DNA of 63,674 nucleotides, filler included, from Aduncisulcus paluster (taxonomy: Eukaryota), in the NCBI GenBank assembly GCA_024181965.1. It is 8 parts of 8 records of this genome, joined end to end, with 100 filler letters (N's around TTAATTAATTAA, not from the genome) between each part and the next. Parts side by side here need not be neighbours in the genome. Positions count along the whole stretch, not along the records: positions 20,343 to 26,723 come from BQXS01011691.1; positions 26,824 to 52,454 come from BQXS01011692.1; 6 more parts are not named here. One strand, written 5' to 3'. Within the stretch, counting starts at the first letter, position 1, and every line of letters starts with the position of its first letter. Both the position numbers and the translations under genes were made by a program. Positions 20,343-33,515 of the stretch are shown piece by piece. The notes under the pieces were generated by a model, which had not been told where the DNA came from, made no database searches, and was given only the letters and a program-made list of their open reading frames with translations.

Positions 20343-23300
20343 ATTCTATCACTGTTCTTCTTAGTAGTATTGTCAAAGTGGGTCAAACACCATCTTCTGA
20401 AACTACGAAGGGAGTATTATGGAGGGAAATTATGACTTTTCTCCTTCACATGTCGCACTCAGCCCCTTGCCATCCATGTCCACACGTGTGTGTTATGCTT
20501 TCACAGACCCTTGGAGAGAGTATGCTGAGTGACATTGTCTTAACATTGAGTGAGGAAGAAGATATCATGACTCCTCCGGGTGGTGGTGATGTGAATATTC
20601 CTGATCAGTCCCAAGAACGGGGAAAGGATCTACAACAATCATGCTCTGTGACTGACTTGGATATTCCTGATGAAATAGAGGAGGAAAGGGAGTCTGGTGA
20701 ACCTCTTGAGGAAGATATGGGGGATCATGACCAAGAATATGAACACAGAGGAAAGCAAGAGAAGAAGGAGAAAGAAGGAAGTGGTTGTGTTGATAAGGCT
20801 TCTCTTGTGCATAAGATTAGTCTTGAGATGATTAATGGTATCTTGGGTCTTGTGATGGGCAGAGAAATGAGTGAGAAAGAAGTGAGTGCTATGGTTCATG
20901 AAGGAGAGAAACTTCGGACTGCCCAGCACTTTGGAGCTAAGAAGAAGGCTGGCACGTCCAGTGGATCATCAATCGATATAAAACAGAATATTGATGGTGC
21001 CAGAGATTCCACTTTATCTCCACTGACATTGGGTTCTTATTCATCTCTGGAATCTTTGGGTCATAATGGTGCCCACCATCATCGTGCTACATCTTCTTCC
21101 CCAGAGAATGGAGGAGGAGTGGGGAATTCTTCATTAGGAGGTTCATCCAACCCTCAGTTCTTGATATCTTGGTCATATCCACTGTTATCGCTCTTCCATT
21201 TGCTTGCATCTTCACAACTCTCCTTGCCAATCACCTTGTATGTTGTTGATGTTCTGTGTGCACTCAGTGCTCATCCACACAACACTCAGCGAATGACAGA
21301 GGAAGGAATCGGAGTTAAAGTCTTGCAAATGGTTGAGAAAGAGATGGAAAGAGCAACTAAATATAGACACAGTAATTTTCAGAAGAATGAGAAAGATAAG
21401 AATGAGAATTCTAAAATTAGACCTTCCACCGTAGATGATTCTCAGCAACAACCTCCACAGCAATATACAGAGAGTGATAAATGTAAAGGAATGGACCATT
21501 TGTTCCCGTACTCTGTATCCATCATTGCTGGCCATGAAACTGAGTATTCCACATGGCTGAGAGCACGGTCTATGAGTATGTCTGATTACAAACGTATGTC
21601 TCGTGGTTCAGTCGATGTCAAACAGTCATCTAGACGACAGAGCTGTTGCTCTCCTTCTTCCCATTCTCATGGTAGTAGTATGTGTGAAAACATTAAAAGT
21701 GAAGCGGGGTCGAAGAAGAGTGAGGAGGATTATCGGGAACGTGACCGTGGACTCAGTGTGATCAGCTTTGGAAGTGATATCGGGAGTGTTGATGACCTTG
21801 ATGCTATTCTCGAAGGATATCACAAGGGTAGTCTGAAACAGACGGATCTTGAAGCTGTTGCACCGATTGACGAGGATATTTCAACACTTCCTGATCATAT
21901 GCGTGCTACTTACCTCTCAGAATCTACTCATGTCGATGGCGATGCCTGTGTGGGTGATAATAGTCTTCTGGACAGTGCTTTCCTCGAGACAACCGGTGTG
22001 GACGATGAATCTGACGATCACAACAGTGTTTTTATACCTCTTGAAGAGCACTTCGATACTCATTTCACTCGGTGGGAGGATACATCTTACGCCCAAGGAA
22101 TTTTATCTAATTTGGGATTTTCTTGTTTCTCATCTCTAATTATATCTCGCCTTGCGTTCCTCTTATGTTCCTTATTCACCCATTCTATTACAGCCTCTGA
22201 ACTGAAACGTCTCTTGAATATTGCCACCGGCAATGACAATGTTTACTTGCCCCTTATTGTGAAGATCATTTCATTTATTCACACTAACACTCCTCTCACA
22301 ATCTCACACACTTATGTCGACAATTCTTCAGGTGTCGGTGGGTTAGTGTTGTCCCATCCCCTCATGTTCCCTATCAGCAGGGGTTACACTGTGTCCATGT
22401 GGATAAATATCAAAAGAGATGATGTAGAGAATGCACGCGTGTTCTCGTTTGTGAGTGAAAAGAGTAAGGTCGGTATTGAACTCTTCTTGGGATCGCCTCA
22501 TGAAAAGAAGCATCAACTCCATGGGCCTTTTGATGGCTCTTCTCCAGTTTCTCTTGGGCAATCCTCTTCTTCCTTCAATTCTCTGTTCCTAGGCGTCACT
22601 CAAAGGCATGGAGGGACTTGTCGTTACAGTGAATATCTGCTCGATCATGGGGAACCAGTGTGTATTCCCACTGAGCAATGGTTCCATCTTGTTGTGACAC
22701 ACACTGTTCGTAATATGCTGATGATGTATATTAACGGTCTGCTTGTCGTTGCAAAACAAATTCCTTTACCATTCGATGAGACCAGTCACGCTCGGACAAA
22801 CATCTCTTTCTTGTGCTCTTATGTGAAAAAAGATGGGNNNNNNNNNNNNNNNNNNNNTGGGCCTTTTGATGGCTCTTCTCCAGTTTCTCTTGGGCAATCC
22901 TCTTCTTCCTTCAATTCTCTGTTCCTAGGCGTCACTCAAAGGCATGGAGGGACTTGTCGTTACAGTGAATATCTGCTCGATCATGGGGAACCAGTGTGTA
23001 TTCCCACTGAGCAATGGTTCCATCTTGTTGTGACACACACTGTTCGTAATATGCTGATGATGTATATTAACGGTCTGCTTGTCGTTGCAAAACAAATTCC
23101 TTTCCCATTCGATGAGACCAGTCACGCTCGGACAAACATCTCTTTCTTGTGCTCTTATGTGAAAAAAGATGGGAGATCGTGGCATGAACATTCATTACCA
23201 GCTCTGACAGATTCCATCCTGTTGTTTTCCTGTCCCTTGGCTCATATTCACATCCAGAATATCTTCCAACGCGGGCTTGGTGCATTCGGAGTTGACGAAT

Positions 23301-26300
23301 ATGGCACTGTCGATCGGAATGGCAGTAATATTGATTTTGATCCCGGTGATACGTCATCAAATGGAACAGACAGTGAAGTTTCAAGCCTTGCTTTTCTCAA
23401 CTCTCAACTGATTCTCTCATTTTCCTCTATCTTCTCCTCTTCTCGCTTCCTCTTGAACACATTGGCTGAGAAAAAAGAAGAGGAGAGGAGTCCCAGCGAT
23501 GGTAAGGTGATGCACGATGTTCCAGCCACTTGGAGTACAATAGGCTACTCTTCGATTGCTTCTTCACCTTCAAAGCCCTCATTGGAGTATATTTTAGCCT
23601 CCACTGTGAGTCAAAACTCCTCATTCAATCCGGAAGTTCTCTCCTCTCCCTTGTTTTCATCTGCTATGTTCTTGCACAATGGATGTGTAAAAGTTTCAAG
23701 GTCTCATATATGTGAGGAAATGGTCTGTGTTGGAGGAATCAAGATTCTTATTCCATTGGTGTTATGTGTTGTCAAATCCAAAGATATATCTGAATCAAGA
23801 CACATCAATTTGATGGAGCTTTTGCAGTTGTTTATTGTTCTCTTAAGTGGAACTCAGTCATCCTCTGCACCTTCTAGTTCACACCAACGCCATCAAAAGC
23901 GAAGTTCAGATCTTTATCAGGAACATAAACAAGGATATCCACATGAAATTCCTGCTCAAGATGACCTATTCCTTGATTTTTCACGCAATATTGATGAATA
24001 TTTGGCTTCGTTACTTTCTTTATCTTCTTCATTCTTTACTATTCCCATGTGTGATTCGATGTGGAAATTATGTAACCTCGCTGCTCAACATGAAAATGAG
24101 CAAATGTGTGTTGAAATCATGCGAACTATGTTGAGTCTCTCTTTTCTCTCCAAATGTGATCTGGATGTTATTAAACATGTAACTTTCTTGTTCGAAGATA
24201 TGTTGGAGCAAGAAATATCAATGGCTGTCGATTCTGCCGTAACTGATTACTTTGGGCCTCAAACACTGCGAAAGACAAGTATGCTTCGTTGCTTCTGTTC
24301 TGGTTGCAGTATCTCGATGATTGTCCATACTTTGAATGCTCTCACTCAATGCATTGTGTTTCAACCATTGATGAAAGGAGAATCGATGAAAAGACCTGAA
24401 TGGAAAACGAGGCTTGAATCTTTCAAGAAGACTGCTGATCGTTGGTTGCATATGGTATATGTTCTCATCTTATTCATATTTAGGCCAACTACAGCTTGCA
24501 AAGCCTATCACATTTCTCCTTGCTTCATTACTCTCATTATATCCTTGTGTGTCCAACTCAACGATATCAGTGGCACCATACTCTCGAAGGACAATAGCTT
24601 TGAGAATGTAACGGCTCGTATTGTCATTTCACAACTTTCGTCATCTCTCCTCTCCCTTCTCTTCACACTCACTCATAAAAAGTATATTTCTCTTGAGGTA
24701 TGGAACAAGGCCTTGAGAATGAATGGATTGACTGGAAATAACATCAGAGAGTGTATCACTGCTCTTGGAAAGAAGAGATCCGAGTCAAGGAAGCAAAGAG
24801 AAAAGATGATAGAAAGGGAAAGAATGGCTCAAGTGAGGAAAGAAAGGGCTGAGAAGAAGAAAGAAAAGGAAGAAAAAGAAGCAGAACTTGTTGTAAGTAA
24901 GCCCGTTCAACCTCCAACTGAATCCTTATCCACACCACAAGAAGGATCTGATCAACATCCTTCCTTAACAATAACAAGTGATCATATTGAATCTTCACTA
25001 GAGTCTGTTGAAGGAAAGAATAATAGTAATGTTGGAAACTCAATGGTAAATGCTGATGATGAGTCCTATGATCGTGGAGCCTTGGATCAACTTGAGAAAG
25101 AAATTGATCAAAAATTCCATGTCCAACTCATTAGTTTGTCTCTGGATATTCTTGTTCTGGAGGAAAAGGTTAGGAGTTCAACCCCGTGTCCAAGTTCATT
25201 TTCTGCCTTTTCATTCATTAAGAAAAAGGATAAGTCTGAAGATGAAATTAAACTTTCATGTTTGAGTCTTGTCTTCAGAGATTGTGATGAATTATTTGCT
25301 GAAATCGATTTTGACGAATATGTTTTGAATATTATGATGAAAATATCCGAAGGGGAGGAAATTGATACCGAATTCACTAAATATCTCGATTCTTCTCCTT
25401 TCTCTGGGTTTTTATCTGTTCCAAAGCTCCAAGGTGTGACTTTCTCTCCTTCTCTTCTGCTTCCATTCTTTTCTCTCCTCGCTCACTTATCGCAGCCCTC
25501 AACCATGGGCGGTACGTTGGTCACACGGAAACGAAGGATTGATTTCCTTCTATTTATGTGCATGTGGGTCAGGGATAAGTGGTGTGATGTTGCTGGAGGC
25601 ATGAGTAAGGAGTGTGTAGAAGCCTTTGGCCCTGATATTTTCTCTGTTGCGTGTTCTTTCTGTATAACAACAATCCTCAATGTTCTCTCGTATATTACAA
25701 CTCGAGGAGAGATGACAGAAGATCTTCGCACTGAAATTGTATCAACTTCTTCCTCCTTGTTCGAAGTATGTCGGTGTGTGTGCTCTGTGATCGGTGCGAC
25801 AATATGTGAATGTGCCAAGGGGATGAAAGGTGAGGAAATGTTGTGTGGAATTTTAGGAATAATGGAGGTTTGGTGTGACGAGAAAGAGGAAGAGTACCAG
25901 AGATTTGTACGGCACAAACCAGGTGCCGGTAGAGTGATGCATCCAACCATCACGACAAGCGTGTATCAGCTTGCAATGTGTCTTGTCACTCAGCATGTGA
26001 TAATGTCCCTCAATTCATATATTCGCTACACCCACACTCTGTCCCACTCCGATTTCTCTCCTCTCTGTCTGATTATGTGTGTTCTTAGTGAGAGCATTTG
26101 CACATGGATGTCTGGGAAAGAGTGTGTTCAGTTATGTGAGAGGGTAGTGGGTGGAAGTATAATTAGCAGTGCCAAGATCAAGCCAAAGGTCAAGACAGAG
26201 GAAGAGATTCTGACAGAAAGAGTGAAGCTTGAAGAGAAAAAGAAGGACAATCCTGTGGAACCCTATGTTCTATCAAAGGCTTGGAAAGCATTTTTGTTTA

Positions 26301-26723
26301 ATTTGTGCTCGAACGAATGTTTATCTCTAATGACTCATACGTTATCTCTTATCCATCTTCTTGGGTGGACATTCAATACTAACATCAAATCTCCTAATTC
26401 ATCGGTGAAATATGCCTCAAGATTATACAATACTTGCGATGCATTCGTTGCTTCCCCTGCTGGGGTTGACAACAGGGCGTGCGATATTATCTGGAACATG
26501 AGAAGTGTTGTTAGGCACTGTGTTGTGCATTTGAAGGATGGAGAGATTGAAAGAGGACGCGATGTGTCGTCTTCTTCTTCCTCTTCCAAGTCTGCAGCAT
26601 CTCAAATCAAATTGGAGGGTGTCGGAGGTGTCTGTGGGATATGTATGCGGATGTGTACAATGGGTATTTTGTTGGGGATGGATAATGAAGAAAAAGAGCG
26701 TCGGGATCGTGATAAAATGCGTC
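20343..26723 (+). CDS. Neurobeachin/LRBA/NBEAL-like (BEACH family) protein, internal fragment
   Basis: HSITASELKRLL; ConA-like domain GYTVSMWI...VFSF...GIELFL...WFHLVVTH...MYINGLLV; VGGIKILIPL. Open at both scaffold ends, so the BEACH domain itself is not in the window. Confidence 0.7.
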
Positions 26724-26823
26724 NNNNNNNNNNNNNNNNNNNNNNNNNNNNNNNNNNNNNNNNNNNNTTAATTAATTAANNNNNNNNNNNNNNNNNNNNN
26801 NNNNNNNNNNNNNNNNNNNNNNN

Positions 26824-29800
26824 ATCTTCTATAACTTCAGGTGTTCTAAATTCGCCAATTTCTGTTATCATTCAGGAGATCACATCTGTAAGTTCACTTA
26901 TAGTTACTGGAGGAACCTGTTCAGTGGCTGCATCAGATAATAGTTGTGCTGCCAAATTTACATGTTCAAGCTTTGATAATCAAGCATCAGGCTCACTTGA
27001 ATTTTATAGTGTTGAAATGACCCTTTCTGCTGCTTCTCTTAACCTTGCTGATATATCTACTGTCGACTCCATGAAGTTCACGTTGGGTGGATCTGCTGAC
27101 TTTGGTAATCTCGCAACGACAACCGGTTCCACTGGAACTGTGACCATTATACAATCCAACACAAATTCAACTTTGGATATTGCTTCTATTGACTCGTTTG
27201 GGGCAGTCTCTATAACCACGAATGGAACTACATTTACTCTCGATGGGGATGTTTTGACCGAAAATGGTGATGTCTCGATTTCGGCTAGCTTGGCAACTGT
27301 AACCCTTTACAATATCACTTCTGCTGAAGATATTACATTGTATGGTTTTGATATTAACCAGAAAACGAATTCCATCTTTTCTGCTCTTCAGGGGAGGTTT
27401 GATGCTGCATGTGGTGGTATATTTTATGCAGAATCTGGTGCCGCAATCAACTCACCCATTATTTCAATAATAACTCAATCTACGATTGTGGTTGAAGGTG
27501 TGTATAGCGGGGTGACTGATCTTACATTAAGTGCTGGAAGTGATGGAAATATTTCTCTTGGTGGAAATTTGGACCTTCAGAATTTGACTACTCTAGCCCT
27601 TGGTGGAAATGTTATCACTGTTGAAGGTATCTCTGGAGATTCTATTGATATGGTTGTGAATTCTTCTCAATTTATCCAAAATGGTAATCTTTCTGTGAAT
27701 TCTCTTGGCGTTTCTGTTTCTAACCATATTGTGATTGATGGAACAATTGATGCCAATCTAGATTGTTCTCTCGTTAGTTCAAGTAATGATGATTCATCCA
27801 TTAGGGTTCTTGTTAACAAAGACATTTCAGCTTCTTCAATAACTATTTCCAGTGTGTATTCTCAAGTTCTTGGAGATTTGATTGGATGTACCAATACTTC
27901 ATCTATCGATACTTGTGGAATAGTATCGATCACGAGCTCAAGCACGCAGCCTTTCCTTCTTGATTGTGTTGATATTATTGGTTATGAGATTTCCATTGAT
28001 GTTGGGGGAGCCATTGAACCCTATACCGCTGTAACTACTTGTTCTAATAGTATCATATCAAAGATGGGTGATATCACAGTTGATGCCGTTGATGATATCT
28101 CTCTTTTGCAAAATATTGTGACTTCAGCTGACAGGATAACAATGACAGCCACTGGACAATGTGTTTTTGGAAATGATTGTGTCTATACTGCTGCTTCTGA
28201 TATTGATATTCAATGTGAAAGTCTCACCATTGGTGGTTCATCATCATCGATTACCAGTTCTCAGGGTTTGATTCTTTTGGATTTGACAAGTGGAGCGATG
28301 TCTGCCCCGTATACTTCAGTTAGTGCATTCACGACGATGACTGTGAAAACTTTGAATCAACCCATTGAAGGATATCGATTCGAGAGCGGAGGAAACATGA
28401 TCTTGAATGCTGGAAGTCAGGTATTCACTTCTGCTTNNNNNNNNNNNNNNNNNNNNGCTTCTGATATTGATATTCAATGTGAAAGTCTCACCATTGGTGG
28501 TTCATCATCATCGATTACCAGTTCTCAGGGTTTGATTCTTTTGGATTTGACAAGGGGAGCGATGTCTGCCCCGTATACTTCAGTTAGTGCATTCACGACG
28601 ATGACTGTGAAAACTTTGAATCAACCCATTGAAGGATATCGATTCGAGAGCGGAGGAAACATGATCTTGAATGCTGGAAGTCAGGTATTCACTTCTGCTT
28701 CCGGTGTGAGTGCGTCAGAAGGAAGTGTTTCCATTACTGGAAGTGATGTGAATATCGCTGGAATAATCGGATCTCAACTCAATAGTTCCTTAGATTTTAA
28801 GGTACGTGCAAGTGGAAATATTTCTATGGGTAGTGTGAATGGTGCTTGTGGTTCTTTGAATATCGTTGGAACAGGAAATGTTCAGTTTGGATCGGTTGAT
28901 ATTTATTCTGTTTCCAGTATTACTGGTGGTACTCTATCCGGAAATACACTGGAAATTGGGGGAGTTACTGGGAAAACGAGCACAGCGACTCTCTCTCACC
29001 GGTCAGAATATTACCATTACTGGTGATGTGGATTTGGCAACAACTGGAGTGTTGACTGTTAGGGCTTATGGTACATTCACAATGGCAGGATCTTCTAGAT
29101 TAATTGCTCAAGATTTCGATCTTTCAGCATACAACACTGTTTCTATCATGAGTTCAGCTGTTACATTAGCTAATATCATGGGTATTGAGACTTCTAGTAC
29201 ATCTATTGGAATTACAATGAATACAAATTTGACAGCAGCTGGAGTTGTTCTTGATGCTGGTTCTGTTGATATTGAGGGCACATATGTGTGTCAGAGTTCT
29301 TCATTTGAGATATCTTCAACGACAATTTCTTCCACTCAGCTCTTGACAATTACCGCCACTTCAATTTCCCTTGATTCAACTGGTGTTATCTCTCTTGCTG
29401 TTGTCGATATGACTACGAGTGGTGAAGTGAGTATTACAACTCCCGATGATGTTTCCTTAAATGGTACAATTACATCGACTTCTTCTTCGATCAGTGTAGA
29501 AGGAGCTGCATGTGTTTTTGGAGATGTGAATGATGATCTTTCCATTGTATTTACTGCTTCTAATTCTCTCTCCCTCGAATGTTCTAGTGTGGTTATGAGT
29601 CATGTCAATTCTTCCATTTCTGCCTCACTCGTAGATGTGGATAGTGATGGAATCTTCACTTGCTCTGGGCCAATCGTTAGTGATGATATCACCATAAGCA
29701 CTGATGGTATTGTTGATATTACTGGGGAAATTGGAAGGACGAGTTGTACCCAGGTTGATATTTCCTCATCTGGAGCTGATATCACTTTGCGAGAGAAAGT

Positions 29801-31212
29801 TAACGCTGGAAATGGATATGTAAAACTTAATGGTAATAATATTTCACTTGCTACCACTGGCGGTGATGGTAATGTTATTGCAGATCTATCGACTGGAGCT
29901 CTTACAATCTCTGCTTTGGGTGATATTTCTGGGAATGCTAATCTATCAGCTGCAACCATTGTTGTCACTAGTGGTGGGGCTGCTAATTTCACTAATATAA
30001 TGGCAAATGGAAATGTTTCGATTTCATCGACTGGAAATGTTAGTGTAAATCTTGTAAGTGAGTCATTGGATGATGCTGGGGTCACAATATTTGGTGATCA
30101 ATTGAATATCGGAACGGGAGGTATCACAACATTATCGCTTGGAAATACTTTGTTGAGCGCTTCTGATGCAATTATTCTAGACGGTGAGATTTCTTCGAAT
30201 AAGATCGAGGCTTCCTTCGGCTCTACAGCCACTATCAATGCTAATCTTTCTGCTCGTTCTTTGTTCTCTCTAACTGGACCATCCATTGGAACGGATATGG
30301 ATGTCACGATTGCCTCTGGCATTCAAATAGGCAGTGTTGGAAATTCTACAATCGAAACAAATGGAAAGATTGAACTTGGAAATTCTGCCTCGATCATATC
30401 CGATGGAGGATATGTTTTGTTGAATTCATCGAATAATATTGTGGATATTGGTGATTATGCTTCTGTTCAGAGTTCAACTTCAATGTCAATTTCTGGATCG
30501 GGGGTTTCAACTGGACAAAGCTCAAATATTACTGCTAGTGGGGCATTTTCAATCAATTCTACTGATTATGTCGAAATATTCGGTCCAATTACCTCTCAAT
30601 CAACTCTAAGTATTGTTGGGAGTGGGATATGTTCGTTTGGAAATGGAAGTGATGCTGCTTATGATGCTCAACTTTCTGCTGCTTCCGATTTATCCATATC
30701 TTGCTCTGGAGATGTCACAATTGCCCCAACTGACACCAGTGTGATGATATCCTCTTCAGGTGGATCTGTGTTTATTCGAAGTGTCAACAACAGTGTTTCT
30801 TGTGGTAGTAAGATCACTGCTTCNNNNNNNNNNNNNNNNNNNNTCGTTTGGAAATGGAAGTGATGCTGCTTATGATGCTCAACTTTCTGCTGCTTCCGAT
30901 TTATCCATATCTTGCTCTGGAGATGTCACAATTGCCCCAACTGACACCAGTGTGATGATATCCTCTTCAGGTGGATCTGTGTTTATTCGAAGTGTCAACA
31001 ACAGTGTTTCTTGTGGTAGTAAGATCACTGCTTCCACTGATATCACTCTGAAGGCCTACTCAAGTATATCTGATACAGCCGATATCTCCTCTTCTGGTTC
31101 TGGAGCTCTCAGTGTTACTGGATCTATATGCTCTTTCGGAGAATCAGGAATTCCCATTAATGTGACTGTTGGAGATATTAATTTGAATTGTGATGATTTG
31201 ACAATTTATTGA
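26824..31212 (+). CDS. Large Ser/Thr/Gly-rich, predicted beta-helical (filamentous haemagglutinin-like) protein; 5'-truncated, frameshift at ~28990
   Basis: Continuous short beta-strand repeats (GxVxIxA, ITLSA). Three ORF-track pieces join after correcting a CT-repeat slip and two gap duplications. Confidence 0.65.
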
Positions 31213-31361
31213 TGTTATTGGATTTTGAAGGCTATGGACCTACTTTTGGCAACTTTGATAATCTGAAATGTCATTCATTTCTTAGAAATTCTAAATTGGC
31301 TATTTTAAAATGTTTAAAATAGTCTGATAAATGTAATAAAAATTATCTTATTAAGCTTAAC

Positions 31362-33032
31362 CTATTCAAACTTCGCCTCAAGTTCTTCTCGAATCATCCG
31401 ATGTGCCAATGAATCTAAAGGCGAATGCTTGTGGAGAACCGTAGAACAATCATGATTATCTCTATCACGATGACATGACAAAAAACTATTGAATAATAAT
31501 TCATTTGAATAAATATTTGATAGAGTTTCAAGAAGATCTTCTTGATGATCTTCCTGGATATCCTCTGTGACTTTTGAGCAACCGGACATTTTTCCACTCA
31601 CTCGACTTCGCAACATATCAAAAAACGAAGTTTGGGCATGCGAATCCGATTCCACTGTCATTTCTTTGTCTTCTTTTTCCATACTCTTTTCATAATCGAA
31701 ATTCGATACACTAGTCACATCCTTATCACAGAGATCTAACAGATTCCACCAGGGGGTATCGGATTGAGCAATATAGTCGTGTTGAGAGGCGGAATATGAG
31801 ACTTTTGGTATTCTTTGGGGATGAGGAAGAATTGACCATACGCTTCTTTTGAATTGAACATTGGCTCCTTGACAAACATTACTGTTTATGCAAATGCAAT
31901 ATCGAGAAAATGGGGTCAAGAGAGAGAAGATTAGTGATCTGAGTGAGAAAATATTGGATGAAATGGATTGGGGAGGAATAAATAAATATTTAGAGATTAT
32001 TGAATGTGAAAGGGGAGGGAAAATAGGCTTTGAGTCCTGGAAATGGGATATATCTGTTGAGGAAACATCAGAAGAAGATGATTCTTCCTCTTCGTCATTA
32101 ATATTCCAATCTGGGAGAATGAAGGTTTGAGATGGTTTCGAAGAGATTTTCTTCGGAATTTCTGGGACCTGTTCAACTGTAGAGGGGGGAAATTTCTGGG
32201 TTGAAGCTTTGGCTTGTTCCTGTGAAAGTTGACGTAGTAAATTCCTACGACGAGCAGACTCCTTAGAATGCATCAGAGCAATTTCATCAGAGTTCATCAT
32301 GGGCGAGATATTTGAAGAGATTTGACGGAATCCGCCACGAATAAATTCACGTTTTGCTTTTAACCTTTTTGCACGCTCCTCATCATTTTCAATAAGGGAA
32401 AGGTCATGCAGAAGAGGAATTTCACTTGCTCGAAAAGTGCCAGAAACATCCTTAAATATATCTCTTGAACCCATTCTAGCAGTCACACGTTCCCTAATTC
32501 GGCGAAGAGAGGTCACACGTTTTGTTTCTTCTTTTTTTTTTTCACGCATTTTCCTTCTTTCTTTCCGGCCCATTGTGTTTGCTAAACGTGCTTTTGCCTC
32601 CTCTAAAGCTTCTTTTTCTGCCCCAAAGAGGGATTCAGCATCTAACCTTGCTGCTTTATATTCATCAAGAATGGAAATATGTGAAGCTGGTTTTTCGTCT
32701 AACTCAGTAAGATCATCCATAGAACGTATTTGATCAATGAGTTCAACATGTTTTACATAGCATTGATGGGCTGTTCTTCCAGTATCAAGGATTGAAGCAA
32801 TGGTTTCCCATTGAGATGGAAATTGTGCGGCTAGTTTAGTAAGTTTTAATTTTTCCTGTTTTGACCATGGTGTTTTGTTCACTTTATCACTTAAAAAGTT
32901 TTTCCATCTATTTTCACAGTCTTTAGCGGATCTTCTAGGTAATACAGAGGCTATTCGCACCCATTGATGAAGCCCATATCGTCCAACAAAGGCTTTTAAA
33001 ATTGTATCTTCATTAACTGACCATCGAGCCAT
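31362..33032 (-). CDS. CDC5L: Pre-mRNA splicing factor CDC5L/Cef1
   Basis: Two Myb repeats (WSVNEDTILKAFVGRYGLHQWVRIASVL...RSAKDC...W) plus the CDC5-specific EAKARLANTMGRKERRKMREK. Confidence 0.92.
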   Translation of the reverse strand: MARWSVNEDTILKAFVGRYGLHQWVRIASVLPRRSAKDCENRWKNFLSDKVNKTPWSKQEKLKLTKLAAQFPSQWETIASILDTGRTAHQCYVKHVELIDQIRSMDDLTELDEKPASHISILDEYKAARLDAESLFGAEKEALEEAKARLANTMGRKERRKMREKKKEETKRVTSLRRIRERVTARMGSRDIFKDVSGTFRASEIPLLHDLSLIENDEERAKRLKAKREFIRGGFRQISSNISPMMNSDEIALMHSKESARRRNLLRQLSQEQAKASTQKFPPSTVEQVPEIPKKISSKPSQTFILPDWNINDEEEESSSSDVSSTDISHFQDSKPIFPPLSHSIISKYLFIPPQSISSNIFSLRSLIFSLLTPFSRYCICINSNVCQGANVQFKRSVWSILPHPQRIPKVSYSASQHDYIAQSDTPWWNLLDLCDKDVTSVSNFDYEKSMEKEDKEMTVESDSHAQTSFFDMLRSRVSGKMSGCSKVTEDIQEDHQEDLLETLSNIYSNELLFNSFLSCHRDRDNHDCSTVLHKHSPLDSLAHRMIREELEAKFE

Positions 33033-33515
33033 TTGGGCTGTCAGAGTTGGACGAAAACCACAATAGGTTGGGTGCTAATTTGTGGGAAACTCTCATATGA
33101 TTGAATGATCCATCGGAAAAATGATAAAGCAAATATTCTTCGATATAATTGAGCAATATTCTCGTTTTATTCATAATTGATATGAAATCGCAGATCTTCT
33201 TTCATTTCAAAAATTTGAATCAAAATCCACTAATCAAGCTTTGATGATTATATTTTATGATCATCATGATTTAAGTTTGATTTAGTTAAGAATATTAAAA
33301 TGGGTTCTTCATGGACTCTGATTAACTTGATATTTCGCGTCAAATTTTTTCAAACTTTTCTTTTATCGGGATAATCATTATGTTTTCATTGATGAAAAAA
33401 CCAAATTTATTTATGAATAGCAAAATAAATAAAATAAATGCCATGATTAAAATGACTTCAATGAAATTGCTGAGTGTAGATGTCTTTTTTTGATTTTGAC
33501 ACAGATATTAGCCTC

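Noticed and set aside
33474..33504. Possible ~31-nt intron extending the GS N-terminus (MTSMKLLN...)
   Set aside because: Frame-compatible, but the donor GTGTAG is weak and in-frame ATGs already exist.
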